DNA from: Comamonadaceae bacterium
Lineage (GTDB): Bacteria > Pseudomonadota > Gammaproteobacteria > Burkholderiales > Burkholderiaceae_C
Length of the DNA: 32,000 nucleotides
Direction of reading: 5' to 3'
Assembly: GCA_947453645.1 (NCBI GenBank)
Contig: CANGHG010000005.1
Location: 6,496-38,495 of the forward strand
Of this stretch, positions 9,599 through 17,929 are shown piece by piece (the first letter of the stretch is position 1; each line of letters starts with the position of its first letter). The position numbers and the translations under genes are program-made. The notes beneath the pieces are model-generated. The model saw only the letters and a list, made by a program, of their open reading frames with translations, was not told where the DNA came from and ran no database searches.

Positions 9599-9751
9599 GT
9601 AGACGTCATGGCACGACGGGCAATTCTGAGGTTGTTTCACCAAGCCAACCGTTCAGACAAAAAGTGAACTTCCATTCAAATTACCCTTGGGGGGCATGAA
9701 GTGCATGTCCATCAATGATGGAATAGGGGACCACATCAACAGGGTTTGAAA

Positions 9752-10159
9752 ATGAAACGTCAATGGATCAGTTCGGGCTCCAGCTATGAAGAACTCATAG
9801 GCTATTCACGCGCCGTGGTGGCGGGGGATTGGGTTTTCGTGTCGGGCACCACGGGCTTTGACTACGCCACCATGACCATTTCAGATGATTTGGTGGTGCA
9901 GACCGAGCAGTGTTTGCAAAACATTGCAACCGCCTTGGCAGAAGCTGGCTGCTCCCTGGATGATGTGGTTCGGGTGAACTATGTGTTGCCCAATGGCGCC
10001 GACTTTGAACCCTGTTGGCCAGTGTTGCGCCAACACTTTGGCATGGCCAAACCGGCTGCCATGGTTGTCACTGCGGGCTTGCTAGACCCGCGCATGAAAA
10101 TTGAAATCGAAGTGACGGCATGTCGATGTCTTCACGCATTACCGGAAACTGTGATCTAG
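9752..10159 (+). CDS. RidA/YjgF-family (Rid) protein
   Basis: The track start at 9746 is TTG; the ATG at 9752 is preferred. GYSRAVVAGDWVFVSGTTG and C-terminal KIEIEVTA are typical of the Rid family. Confidence 0.8.
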   Translation: MKRQWISSGSSYEELIGYSRAVVAGDWVFVSGTTGFDYATMTISDDLVVQTEQCLQNIATALAEAGCSLDDVVRVNYVLPNGADFEPCWPVLRQHFGMAKPAAMVVTAGLLDPRMKIEIEVTACRCLHALPETVI

Positions 10160-10210
10160 CTCAGCGCCCAACATGCTCCAAACAAGCTCAACATGGCGGT
10201 CAGGCCGACG

Positions 10211-10305
10211 CGAACGTTGACGCGAAGCGGCGGTGAGCGGCGACTGAGCCGCCGTGGTGAGCTTGAGGAAAGAGAGGTTGCTTGGGCCTACGGGCTCGCA
10301 ATGAC
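10211..10305. repeat. Third copy of the ~85-95-bp REP/MITE-like element seen at 4073-4357
   Basis: CGAACGTTGACGCGAAGCGGCGGTGAGCGGC...GGTTGCTTGGGCCTACGGGCTCGCAATGAC has the same end motifs and order as 4272-4357. Lies between the convergent Rid gene and purC. Confidence 0.8.
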
Positions 10306-10325
10306 ATCCACTTGCAATGGTGGGC

Positions 10326-11222
10326 TCAACCCCGCAACCTCGCCCACGCCTCTTGGTATTTGTCCGCCGTGAGTGAAATGACTGCCGAGGGCAATGCAGG
10401 CGCTGGCGCGGTTTTGTTCCATGGCTCGCCGTTCAGTTGCGCGGTTTCCAGCCAGTCGCGCAAATACTGTTTGTCAAAGCTCGGTGGGTTGGCGCCTTCG
10501 CGGTAAGCGTCTGCCGGCCAGTAGCGCGACGAGTCGGGCGTTAACACCTCGTCCATCAGCACCAAGGTGCCCTCGGGGCTCAGGCCAAACTCGAACTTGG
10601 TGTCGGCAATGAGGATGCCTTTGGCTGCCGCGATGTCATAAGCGCTTTCGTACAGCGCGATGCTGATGCTGCGGATGCGCTCGGCCAAATCTGCGCCAAT
10701 CATGGCCACGGTTTGCTCGAAGCTGATGTTCTCATCGTGCTCGCCCATTTCGGCTTTGGCCGCCGGCGTGAAGATGGGCTCGGGCAAGCGCGATGCGTTT
10801 TTCAAACCCGCAGGCAGGGGCACGCCGCACACCGATTGGCTCTCTTGGTATTCCTTCCAACCGCTGCCAGCCAAATAGCCGCGCACCACCGCCTCCACGG
10901 GGATGGGTTTCAAGCGGCGAACCAGCATGGAGCGCTGCACCACAAATGGTTTTTCAGCATCGCTCACCACGCTCTCAGGTGCGTCCCCAGTGAGGTGGTT
11001 GGGGCAAATATGGCCGAGCTTGTCAAACCAAAACAGCGCCATTTGGGTGAGCAGCGCGCCTTTGCCGGGGATGGGCTCGCCCATCACCACGTCAAACGCG
11101 CTGATGCGGTCGGACGCCACCATCAAGATGCGGTCGTCGCCCACGGCGTAGTTGTCGCGCACCTTGCCGCGAGCCAGCAATGGGAGGGAGCCCAGGGTGT
11201 GGGTGTGCAAGGTGGGGTTCAA
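10326..11222 (-). CDS. purC: Phosphoribosylaminoimidazole-succinocarboxamide (SAICAR) synthase
   Basis: [13 protein letters not shown] and DRISAFD motifs. The track start at 11375 would overlap fba by ~150 nt. TTG at 11222 overlaps the fba stop (TTGA), has AGGTGG upstream, and gives 298 aa. Confidence 0.88.
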   Translation of the reverse strand: MNPTLHTHTLGSLPLLARGKVRDNYAVGDDRILMVASDRISAFDVVMGEPIPGKGALLTQMALFWFDKLGHICPNHLTGDAPESVVSDAEKPFVVQRSMLVRRLKPIPVEAVVRGYLAGSGWKEYQESQSVCGVPLPAGLKNASRLPEPIFTPAAKAEMGEHDENISFEQTVAMIGADLAERIRSISIALYESAYDIAAAKGILIADTKFEFGLSPEGTLVLMDEVLTPDSSRYWPADAYREGANPPSFDKQYLRDWLETAQLNGEPWNKTAPAPALPSAVISLTADKYQEAWARLRG

Positions 11223-12283
11223 TTCACCACCTGCGCCAACAGGCCTTGCTGGTATTTGGCCGCCATCATTTGCAAGGGCGTGCCCTTGATCTTGCTGCCT
11301 TGGCCCTCGCAACCAAACTCCAGGTAGCGTTGTTTGCAAATGCCTTTGGCGGCTTCGCGGGCGGGTTTGAGCCACTCGCGGGCGTCAAATTTGTCGGGGT
11401 TTTCAGCCAAGAATTGACGCACCGCGGCGGTCATGGCCAAGCGGATGTCGGTGTCGATGTTGATCTTGCGCACACCGTGTTTGATGGCTTCTTGAATTTC
11501 CGCCACAGGCACGCCATAGGTTTCTTTCATCTTGCCGCCAAACTGGTTGATGCGCGCCAGCAGGTCTTGCGGCACGCTGCTCGAACCGTGCATCACCAAA
11601 TGGGTGTTGGGAATGCGGGCGTGGATGGCTTTGACCCGGCTGATGGCCAGCACATCGCCTGTGGGCGGGCGGGTGAATTTGTAAGCGCCGTGGCTGGTGC
11701 CAATGGCAATGGCCAGCGCATCGAGTTGCGTGGCTTTCACAAATTGCGCGGCTTCCTCGGGGTCGGTCAGCATTTGGCTGTGGTCCAGTTTGCCCACCGC
11801 ACCCACGCCGTCTTCTTCACCGGCTTCTCCTGTTTCCAGCGAGCCCAGGCAGCCCAACTCGCCTTCCACCGTGGCGCCAATGGCGTGCGCCATGGCCACC
11901 ACTTTTTGGGTCACGCTCACGTTGTAGTCAAAGTCGGCTGGGGTTTTGCCGTCTTCCATCAGGGAGCCGTCCATCATCACCGAGCCAAAACCCAGGTTCA
12001 AGGCACCTTGGCAGATGGCGGGGGAGGTGCCATGGTCTTGGTGCATGACCAAGGGAATGTGGGGATAAGACTCGGTGGCGGCTTGAATCAGGTGTTTGAT
12101 GAAGGGTTCACCCGCGTATTTGCGGGCGCCTGCGCTGGCTTGCAGGATGACGGGTGCGCCCACCTCATCGGCGGCGGCCATGACGGCTTGCACTTGTTCG
12201 AGGTTGTTGACATTGAAAGCGGGAATGCCATAGCCGTGTTCGGCGGCATGGTCCAGCAGTTCGCGCATAGAAACTAAAGCCAT
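11219..12283 (-). CDS. fba: Class II fructose-bisphosphate aldolase, glycolytic/gluconeogenic copy
   Basis: 354 aa. 33 of the first 40 residues are identical to cbbA at 2987. In a pyk-fba-purC cluster. Confidence 0.92.
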   Translation of the reverse strand: MALVSMRELLDHAAEHGYGIPAFNVNNLEQVQAVMAAADEVGAPVILQASAGARKYAGEPFIKHLIQAATESYPHIPLVMHQDHGTSPAICQGALNLGFGSVMMDGSLMEDGKTPADFDYNVSVTQKVVAMAHAIGATVEGELGCLGSLETGEAGEEDGVGAVGKLDHSQMLTDPEEAAQFVKATQLDALAIAIGTSHGAYKFTRPPTGDVLAISRVKAIHARIPNTHLVMHGSSSVPQDLLARINQFGGKMKETYGVPVAEIQEAIKHGVRKINIDTDIRLAMTAAVRQFLAENPDKFDAREWLKPAREAAKGICKQRYLEFGCEGQGSKIKGTPLQMMAAKYQQGLLAQVVN

Positions 12284-12314
12284 GGGAGATGTCCTTCAAA
12301 AACAAAAGGGGGGG

Positions 12315-13748
12315 TTAGACCACTCGGCTGATTTTCAGCATGTTGGTGCCGCCGGGCGAGCCCATGGGCTCGCCGCAGGTGATGGCATACACATCGCCCG
12401 TGCTGACGATGCCGCGCTTTTTCAAATGCGCCTCGGCCTGGGCCAAGGCGGTGTCTCGGTCGGTGCTGGTGTCCATCAACAAGGCGTGGACATTGCGGTA
12501 CAGCGCCATGCGGCGCTGGGTGCGCTCGGTGGTGGTGAGTGCGTAAATCGGGATGTGGATGCGGTGGCGGCTCATCCAAAGCGGTGTGGAGCCCGACTCG
12601 GTGAGCGCCACGATGGCCTTGGCGCCCAGGTGGTGCGCGGTGAACAGCGCGCCCATGGCGATGGTTTGGTCGATGAACTGGAATTGCTTGCCCGTGAAGT
12701 CGGCGTCCAATGCCACTTCTTCGGCTTCTTCTGCAGCTCGGCAAATTTGCGCCATTTGCTGCACGGTTTCCAACGGGTATTTGCCCACGGCGGTTTCGGC
12801 GCTCAACATCACCGCGTCGGTGCCGTCCAGCACCGCGTTGGCCACGTCGCTGACCTCGGCGCGGGTGGGCACCGGGTTGGTGATCATGCTCTCCATCATT
12901 TGCGTGGCCGTGATGGCGACCTTGTCCATCTCGCGCGCCAGTTTGATCATGCGTTTTTGCAGCGCGGGCACAGCGGCATTGCCCACTTCCACCGCCAAGT
13001 CGCCGCGCGCGACCATGATGCCGTCGCTGGCTTTCAAAATTTCTTCCAGGTGGGGAATGGCCTCAAAGCGCTCGATCTTGGCGATCAAGCCAGGCTTGTG
13101 TTTGAAGGGCTCGGCGGCCACGTTGCACAGCTGCCGCGCCATTTCCATGTCGGTGGCGTTTTTCGGGAAGCTCACGGCCACATAGTCGGCCTGGAAGGAC
13201 ATGGCGGTTTTGATGTCCTCCATGTCCTTGGCCGTGAGTGCAGGGGCGGTCAGGCCGCCGCCTTGTTTGTTGATGCCTTTGTTGTTGGAGAGTTCGCCAC
13301 CCATCTTCACGGTGGTCAGCACTTGCTCGCCCTTGACCGCATCCACGGTCAGCACAATCAGGCCGTCGTTGAGCAGCAGCAGGTCGCCGGCTTTCACATC
13401 GCGCGGCAACTCTTTGTAGTCCAGGCCCACGCCTTGCAAGTCGCCTGGCTCGGTGCGCGAGGCGTCCAGCACAAAGGGCGCACCTGCTTGCAGCATGACC
13501 TTGCCTTCGGCAAATTTGCCGACCCGAATTTTGGGACCTTGCAAATCGGCCATGATGGCCACCGTCTTGCCTGCCTGCTTGGCAGCTTGGCGCACCAAGT
13601 TGGCACGGTCTACATGGTCTTGCGCCTTGCCGTGGCTGAAGTTCAGGCGCACTACGTTCACACCGGCTCGGATCATTTGCTCCAGCATGGCCAGATCGCT
13701 GGAGGCTGGGCCCAACGTGGCAACGATTTTGGTGGCGTGAATTGGCAT
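12315..13748 (-). CDS. pyk: Pyruvate kinase
   Basis: Track ORF trimmed to the ATG at 13748 (MPIHATKIVATLGPAS...NFSHG). 477 aa. MVARGDLAVE motif. Confidence 0.92.
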   Translation of the reverse strand: MPIHATKIVATLGPASSDLAMLEQMIRAGVNVVRLNFSHGKAQDHVDRANLVRQAAKQAGKTVAIMADLQGPKIRVGKFAEGKVMLQAGAPFVLDASRTEPGDLQGVGLDYKELPRDVKAGDLLLLNDGLIVLTVDAVKGEQVLTTVKMGGELSNNKGINKQGGGLTAPALTAKDMEDIKTAMSFQADYVAVSFPKNATDMEMARQLCNVAAEPFKHKPGLIAKIERFEAIPHLEEILKASDGIMVARGDLAVEVGNAAVPALQKRMIKLAREMDKVAITATQMMESMITNPVPTRAEVSDVANAVLDGTDAVMLSAETAVGKYPLETVQQMAQICRAAEEAEEVALDADFTGKQFQFIDQTIAMGALFTAHHLGAKAIVALTESGSTPLWMSRHRIHIPIYALTTTERTQRRMALYRNVHALLMDTSTDRDTALAQAEAHLKKRGIVSTGDVYAITCGEPMGSPGGTNMLKISRVV

Positions 13749-13897
13749 GGCTGTCCCTAGAAAAGAAGCGGCTATTGTCACACGCGTTTGAGTCTGTGCA
13801 GCCCCTTCCAGACGGTTCAAGTTGCAGTCAGTGTCACTCGTGAATTGCGGAAGTCGCACTTGCACAGCCCGCGACCACGCGGCTCTAAAGTGCCGCC

Positions 13898-14554
13898 ATG
13901 AACACCGCCACCATCGACTTTGACAGCCTGTTCCACAACAGCGCCCATCCAGGTTTGCAGGACTTGGCCAAACAAGGCCAGGTGCGGCATTACCGCAAAA
14001 ACACCTTGCTGATTGACGCGGGGGACACCGGGCAGGTCATTTACCTGGTGCTGTCGGGGCGTTTGCGCGAATTCGCCATGTCCAGCGACAGCCGCCCGCG
14101 CGAATTCACGCTGGCGGTGTTGGGACCGGGGCAGTTGGTGGGCGCCATGGCCTTGGACGGCGGTCCACATTGCGCCAGCGTGCTGACCTTGGGCCCTGTT
14201 AGCTGTGCGGTCATCAGCCGCGAAGCAGCACTGACCGTGCTCAGGCACAACCCGGCTTTGGCCATGGACTTGCTGCAACTGGCCTGGCAGCGGGTGCGTT
14301 TGGCCACTGAAACCACCCGTTTGGCGCTGTTTTCAGACGCGTACAGCCGCCTGAGCGCTTTTTTGCAGCGGCAAAACCCCTCAGGGCTGCAGGCCCGGGA
14401 CCACCCCATGACCCATGCCCAGATGGCGCAACAAATCGGCTGCAGCCGGGAAATGGTCAGTCGCATCCTGAAAGAACTGGTGACTGGGGGCTATGTGGTG
14501 CGGGAAACAGACAAGGTTTACCGGGTGTGCAAGCGATTGCCCCTACGGTGGTGA
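13898..14554 (+). CDS. Crp/Fnr-family transcriptional regulator
   Basis: 218 aa. N-terminal cyclic-nucleotide-binding-like fold (YLVLSGRLR...GPGQLVG). C-terminal HTH (THAQMAQQIGCSREMVSRILKEL). No N-terminal Cys cluster, so not an FNR-type Fe-S sensor. Confidence 0.8.
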   Translation: MNTATIDFDSLFHNSAHPGLQDLAKQGQVRHYRKNTLLIDAGDTGQVIYLVLSGRLREFAMSSDSRPREFTLAVLGPGQLVGAMALDGGPHCASVLTLGPVSCAVISREAALTVLRHNPALAMDLLQLAWQRVRLATETTRLALFSDAYSRLSAFLQRQNPSGLQARDHPMTHAQMAQQIGCSREMVSRILKELVTGGYVVRETDKVYRVCKRLPLRW

Positions 14555-14669
14555 GTGGTCAGCCTGAAAGAGGCTCGGGTGGCTACAATTGGGGATGGAC
14601 TGAGAAAAATGGCAAAGTCGTTTATCTCTAAGGACTTTCACTCATTTGGTGCCCTTTGTCACCCGCTTT

Positions 14670-15761
14670 ATGAACCAGCTCGAACAACCTATTGCCCCCA
14701 ATGAACCCATGCCCCACCGCAAGGTGATCCGCGAGTGGTTGATTCCCTTGTCCCACCGCATCACCGCTGGCGCCGTTTTGCTGCTGTTGGTGGATTACGC
14801 GGTTTGGGCCGCTTTGTTGACCGGCACCGTTTTATTCGAGGCTTGGTGGGCCAAGTTGCTGTGCGCGGGTGCCATGGGTTTCACCATCGGGCGCTTGTTC
14901 ATCATCGGCCATGACGCTTGTCACCAAAGCCTGACCCCGCACCGGGGGCTGAACAAATGGCTGGGCCGCATCGCCTTTTTACCCTCACTCACCACTTACA
15001 GTTTGTGGGACATCGGACACAACGTGGTGCACCACGGCTACACCAACCTCAAGGGCTTTGACTTTGTTTGGGCGCCACTCACCCAAGAAGAATTTGCCAA
15101 ATTGAATGTGATGGGTCGCTTGCTTGACCGCATCTACCGCAGCGGTTGGGCGCCAGGCCTTTACTACATGATTGAAATTTGGTGGAAAAAAATGGTGTTC
15201 CCCAGCGCCAAAGAAATGCCCACCCGCCGCCCCATCTTCATCAAAGACAGCTGGTTGATCACCGCTTTTGCGGCCCTGTGGTTGGGCGGCATCGTGTGGG
15301 CGGCAGACGCCACCAACCAGTCGGTGCTGTGGTTGATGTTGTTCAGCTTTGTGGTGCCCTTCTTGTTCTGGTGCGCCATGATTGGCTTTGTGGTTTATGT
15401 CCACCACACCCATGTGAAAGTCTCTTGGCACGACGACCGCAGTGCTTGGGCCAAAGCCCAGCCCTTTGTGTCCACCACGGTGCACCTGACTTTCCCATTG
15501 AAAATTGGCGCCCTGATGCACCACATCATGGAGCACACGGCCCATCATGTGGACATGAGCATCCCGCTGTACCGCTTGAAACAAGCGCAAACCAAATTGG
15601 AAACCTTGCTGCCTGGTCGCATCATCGTGCAACCCTTCTCATGGAGCTGGTACTTCCAAACCGCACGGGACTGCAAGTTGTATGACTTCACCCGCCAGTG
15701 TTGGACCGACTACAAAGGTCGCGCCACCAGCACACCGCCTGCTGGTTTGACCGCCGCCTGA
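14670..15761 (+). CDS. Membrane fatty-acid desaturase family protein (di-iron, three His boxes)
   Basis: His boxes HDACH, HNVVHH and HTAHH with hydrophobic segments between them. The track start at 14646 is TTG; the ATG at 14670 is preferred. Confidence 0.8.
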   Translation: MNQLEQPIAPNEPMPHRKVIREWLIPLSHRITAGAVLLLLVDYAVWAALLTGTVLFEAWWAKLLCAGAMGFTIGRLFIIGHDACHQSLTPHRGLNKWLGRIAFLPSLTTYSLWDIGHNVVHHGYTNLKGFDFVWAPLTQEEFAKLNVMGRLLDRIYRSGWAPGLYYMIEIWWKKMVFPSAKEMPTRRPIFIKDSWLITAFAALWLGGIVWAADATNQSVLWLMLFSFVVPFLFWCAMIGFVVYVHHTHVKVSWHDDRSAWAKAQPFVSTTVHLTFPLKIGALMHHIMEHTAHHVDMSIPLYRLKQAQTKLETLLPGRIIVQPFSWSWYFQTARDCKLYDFTRQCWTDYKGRATSTPPAGLTAA

Positions 15762-15777
15762 TTCTCACGAGACAGTC

Positions 15778-15803
15778 AAAAGCCCCGCCATGCGGGGCTT
15801 TTT
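15778..15803. terminator. Bidirectional rho-independent terminator between convergent desaturase and pgk
   Basis: AAAA-GCCCCGC-CAT-GCGGGGC-TTTTT: a 7-bp GC stem (15782-15788 / 15792-15798) flanked by an A-run and a T-run. Confidence 0.85.
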
Positions 15804-15822
15804 CATGGCCGTTGCAAAGGGG

Positions 15823-17013
15823 TCAGGCGGCGCGCTTCATCAAAATCTCAAACGCGGGCAGGGTTTTGCCCTCCAGCACTTCCAGAAAAGCGCCGCCGCC
15901 GGTGGAGATGTAGCCGATCTTGGACTCGATGCCGTACTTGGCAATGGCGGCCAAGGTGTCGCCGCCACCGGCGATGCTGAAGGCGGCAGAGTCGGCAATC
16001 GCGTGGGCCACCACCTTGGTGCCGTTCTCGAACGCCGCGAACTCGAACACGCCCATGGGGCCGTTCCACACGATGGTGCCAGCGGATTTGAGCTGCGCGG
16101 CCAATCGGGCGGCGGTGTCGGGACCGATGTCCAAAATCAAATCATCATCGGCCACCTCATGGGCTTGTTTCACCGTGGCCGGTGCATCTGCGCCAAAGCT
16201 TTTGGCGCAGACCACGTCGGTGGGAATCGGCACCTCGGCTCCGCGCGTTTTCATGGCGGCGATCACCGCTTTGGCTTCGCCCACCAAATCAGGCTCGGCC
16301 AAGGACTTGCCAATCTTCAAACCCGCCGCCAGCATGAAGGTGTTGGCAATGCCGCCGCCCACGATGAGTTGGTCCACGTTCTTGGCCAGCGCTTGCAAGA
16401 TGGTGAGTTTGGTGCTGACCTTGCTGCCGGCCACGATGGCGGCCAGTGGGCGCTTGGGGTTGGCCAAGGCCTTGGTGATGGCGTCGATCTCGGCCGAGAG
16501 CAGGGGCCCAGCACAAGCGATGGGCGCGAATTGCGCGATGCCATAGGTGGTGCCCTCAGCGCGGTGGGCGGTGCCAAAGGCGTCGTTGACATAGATGTCA
16601 CACAACGCGGCCATTTGGCGGGCCAGCTCTTCGCTGTTCTTTTTCTCGCCCTTGTTGACCCGGCAGTTCTCCAACATCACCACTTGGCCGGGGGCGACTT
16701 GCACGCCGCCCACCCAGTTGGCGATCACTGGCACCTCGCGGCCCAGCAGTTCACCCAAACGCTTGGCCACCGGGGCAAGCGAGTCTTCGGGCTTGAATTC
16801 GCCTTCGGTCGGGCGGCCCAAATGCGAGGTGACCATGACCGCTGCACCGGCAGCCAGCGCCATCTGGATGCAAGGCACCGACGCGCGGATGCGGGTGTCT
16901 TCGCTGATGTGGCCGTGGTCGTCAAACGGCACATTGAGGTCGGCGCGGATGAAGACACGTTGGCCTTGGGCTTTTCCTTGGGCGCACAGGTCTGAGAAGC
17001 GGAGGATGTTCAT
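15823..17013 (-). CDS. pgk: Phosphoglycerate kinase
   Basis: 396 aa. RADLNVP, SHLGRP and STGGGAFLE motifs. Confidence 0.93.
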   Translation of the reverse strand: MNILRFSDLCAQGKAQGQRVFIRADLNVPFDDHGHISEDTRIRASVPCIQMALAAGAAVMVTSHLGRPTEGEFKPEDSLAPVAKRLGELLGREVPVIANWVGGVQVAPGQVVMLENCRVNKGEKKNSEELARQMAALCDIYVNDAFGTAHRAEGTTYGIAQFAPIACAGPLLSAEIDAITKALANPKRPLAAIVAGSKVSTKLTILQALAKNVDQLIVGGGIANTFMLAAGLKIGKSLAEPDLVGEAKAVIAAMKTRGAEVPIPTDVVCAKSFGADAPATVKQAHEVADDDLILDIGPDTAARLAAQLKSAGTIVWNGPMGVFEFAAFENGTKVVAHAIADSAAFSIAGGGDTLAAIAKYGIESKIGYISTGGGAFLEVLEGKTLPAFEILMKRAA

Positions 17014-17080
17014 GGTGTTTGTCTCGGTGGTTTATTTTTCTCGCATTCTAGGGATGATGGGCGCGCGCATCTACAGGGCG

Positions 17081-17929
17081 TCAATCCAACCACTGGAACA
17101 TCTGCTGAGCCACAGCCGGGAACTTCACATGCGGCTCTGAGGTGACGCAATAGCGCAAGGTTTTGCCCGCCGCGCATGACCTGAGTTGGCAGCCGTTGGC
17201 CTCGGTCTGCACCACTTCGCTGCACTGCATGCACTGGCCCCACCAGGTCGCTGCGCCCTCGCCAAAACCAGGAAACAAATCGTCTTTGGGGTTGTGCAAC
17301 ACGCTCACATGCAGGGGCGCAGGGCAGGCCTCTTCGGCCAAATCTTGGCTGGTGATGCCGGCTGCACTCACCACGATGCGGGCAGGCCGCACCGCCGCAG
17401 GTAATTGACGCACGGTCAAGCCGGTGCTCAAACTGCCGCCATCTGAATGCCCTGCAAACACCACCCGATCGGGGTTGATGCACCACTGGCTCATGACCTG
17501 GGGCACCACCTCGCTTTGCAGGCGCAAGGCGCGTCCCGACAGCGGGATGGCGGCGCTGTAAACCACCACATAGCCGGCTTCATTGGCTTGGCGGGTGAGC
17601 TGGTAATAGCGTTCGGCCAAATCATTTGAAAACCCGGCAGGCGGGTACATCATGAGCAGGCCATGTTGCTTGTTGGCTTGGTAGTTGCTGGGTGCCACCA
17701 CGCTGAACTTCAGCCCACTGGGGGTTGTCAAATCGGTGTGCCGCCCTGCTTGCCCACTGAGCGGCGAGGCACAACCTGGCGGCATGTCCTTCAAGCTGGC
17801 CGCCGCCTCGGGCAGTGGCGGCTTGAACCAAGACTGGGCCAGCAGATACAACAGGCCCAGCAACGCCAACACGGCCAACACCCGTTGACCGCGTTGCACC
17901 CCTGTGAGTGGCGGTTTGGGCTCAGTCAT
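17081..17929 (-). CDS. Secreted or membrane-anchored alpha/beta hydrolase, PHB-depolymerase-family (LpqC-like) esterase
   Basis: 282 aa. N-terminal hydrophobic anchor VLAVLALLGLLYLLA. Nucleophile elbow GHSDGG. Cys-rich C-terminus. Its ATG (17929) overlaps the copD-fusion stop by 8 nt (ATGACTGA). Confidence 0.6.
   Translation of the reverse strand: MTEPKPPLTGVQRGQRVLAVLALLGLLYLLAQSWFKPPLPEAAASLKDMPPGCASPLSGQAGRHTDLTTPSGLKFSVVAPSNYQANKQHGLLMMYPPAGFSNDLAERYYQLTRQANEAGYVVVYSAAIPLSGRALRLQSEVVPQVMSQWCINPDRVVFAGHSDGGSLSTGLTVRQLPAAVRPARIVVSAAGITSQDLAEEACPAPLHVSVLHNPKDDLFPGFGEGAATWWGQCMQCSEVVQTEANGCQLRSCAAGKTLRYCVTSEPHVKFPAVAQQMFQWLD

Noticed and set aside
9599-9751. Intergenic stretches 9599-9751, 14555-14669 and 31549-31793 were inspected for tRNA or small RNA genes.
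   Set aside because: No cloverleaf-compatible arms or T-loop (GTTCGAATC-like) sequence were seen, and no convincing terminator follows. Nothing can be supported by eye.
14670-15761. The three-His-box membrane protein was considered as an AlkB-type alkane hydroxylase, which would fit a hydrocarbon-oxidation theme.
   Set aside because: The His boxes read HDACH / HNVVHH / HTAHH with a GHDACHQS context typical of fatty-acid desaturases. The AlkB-type signature blocks (HELxHK, NYxEHYG, LQRHSDHH) are absent.
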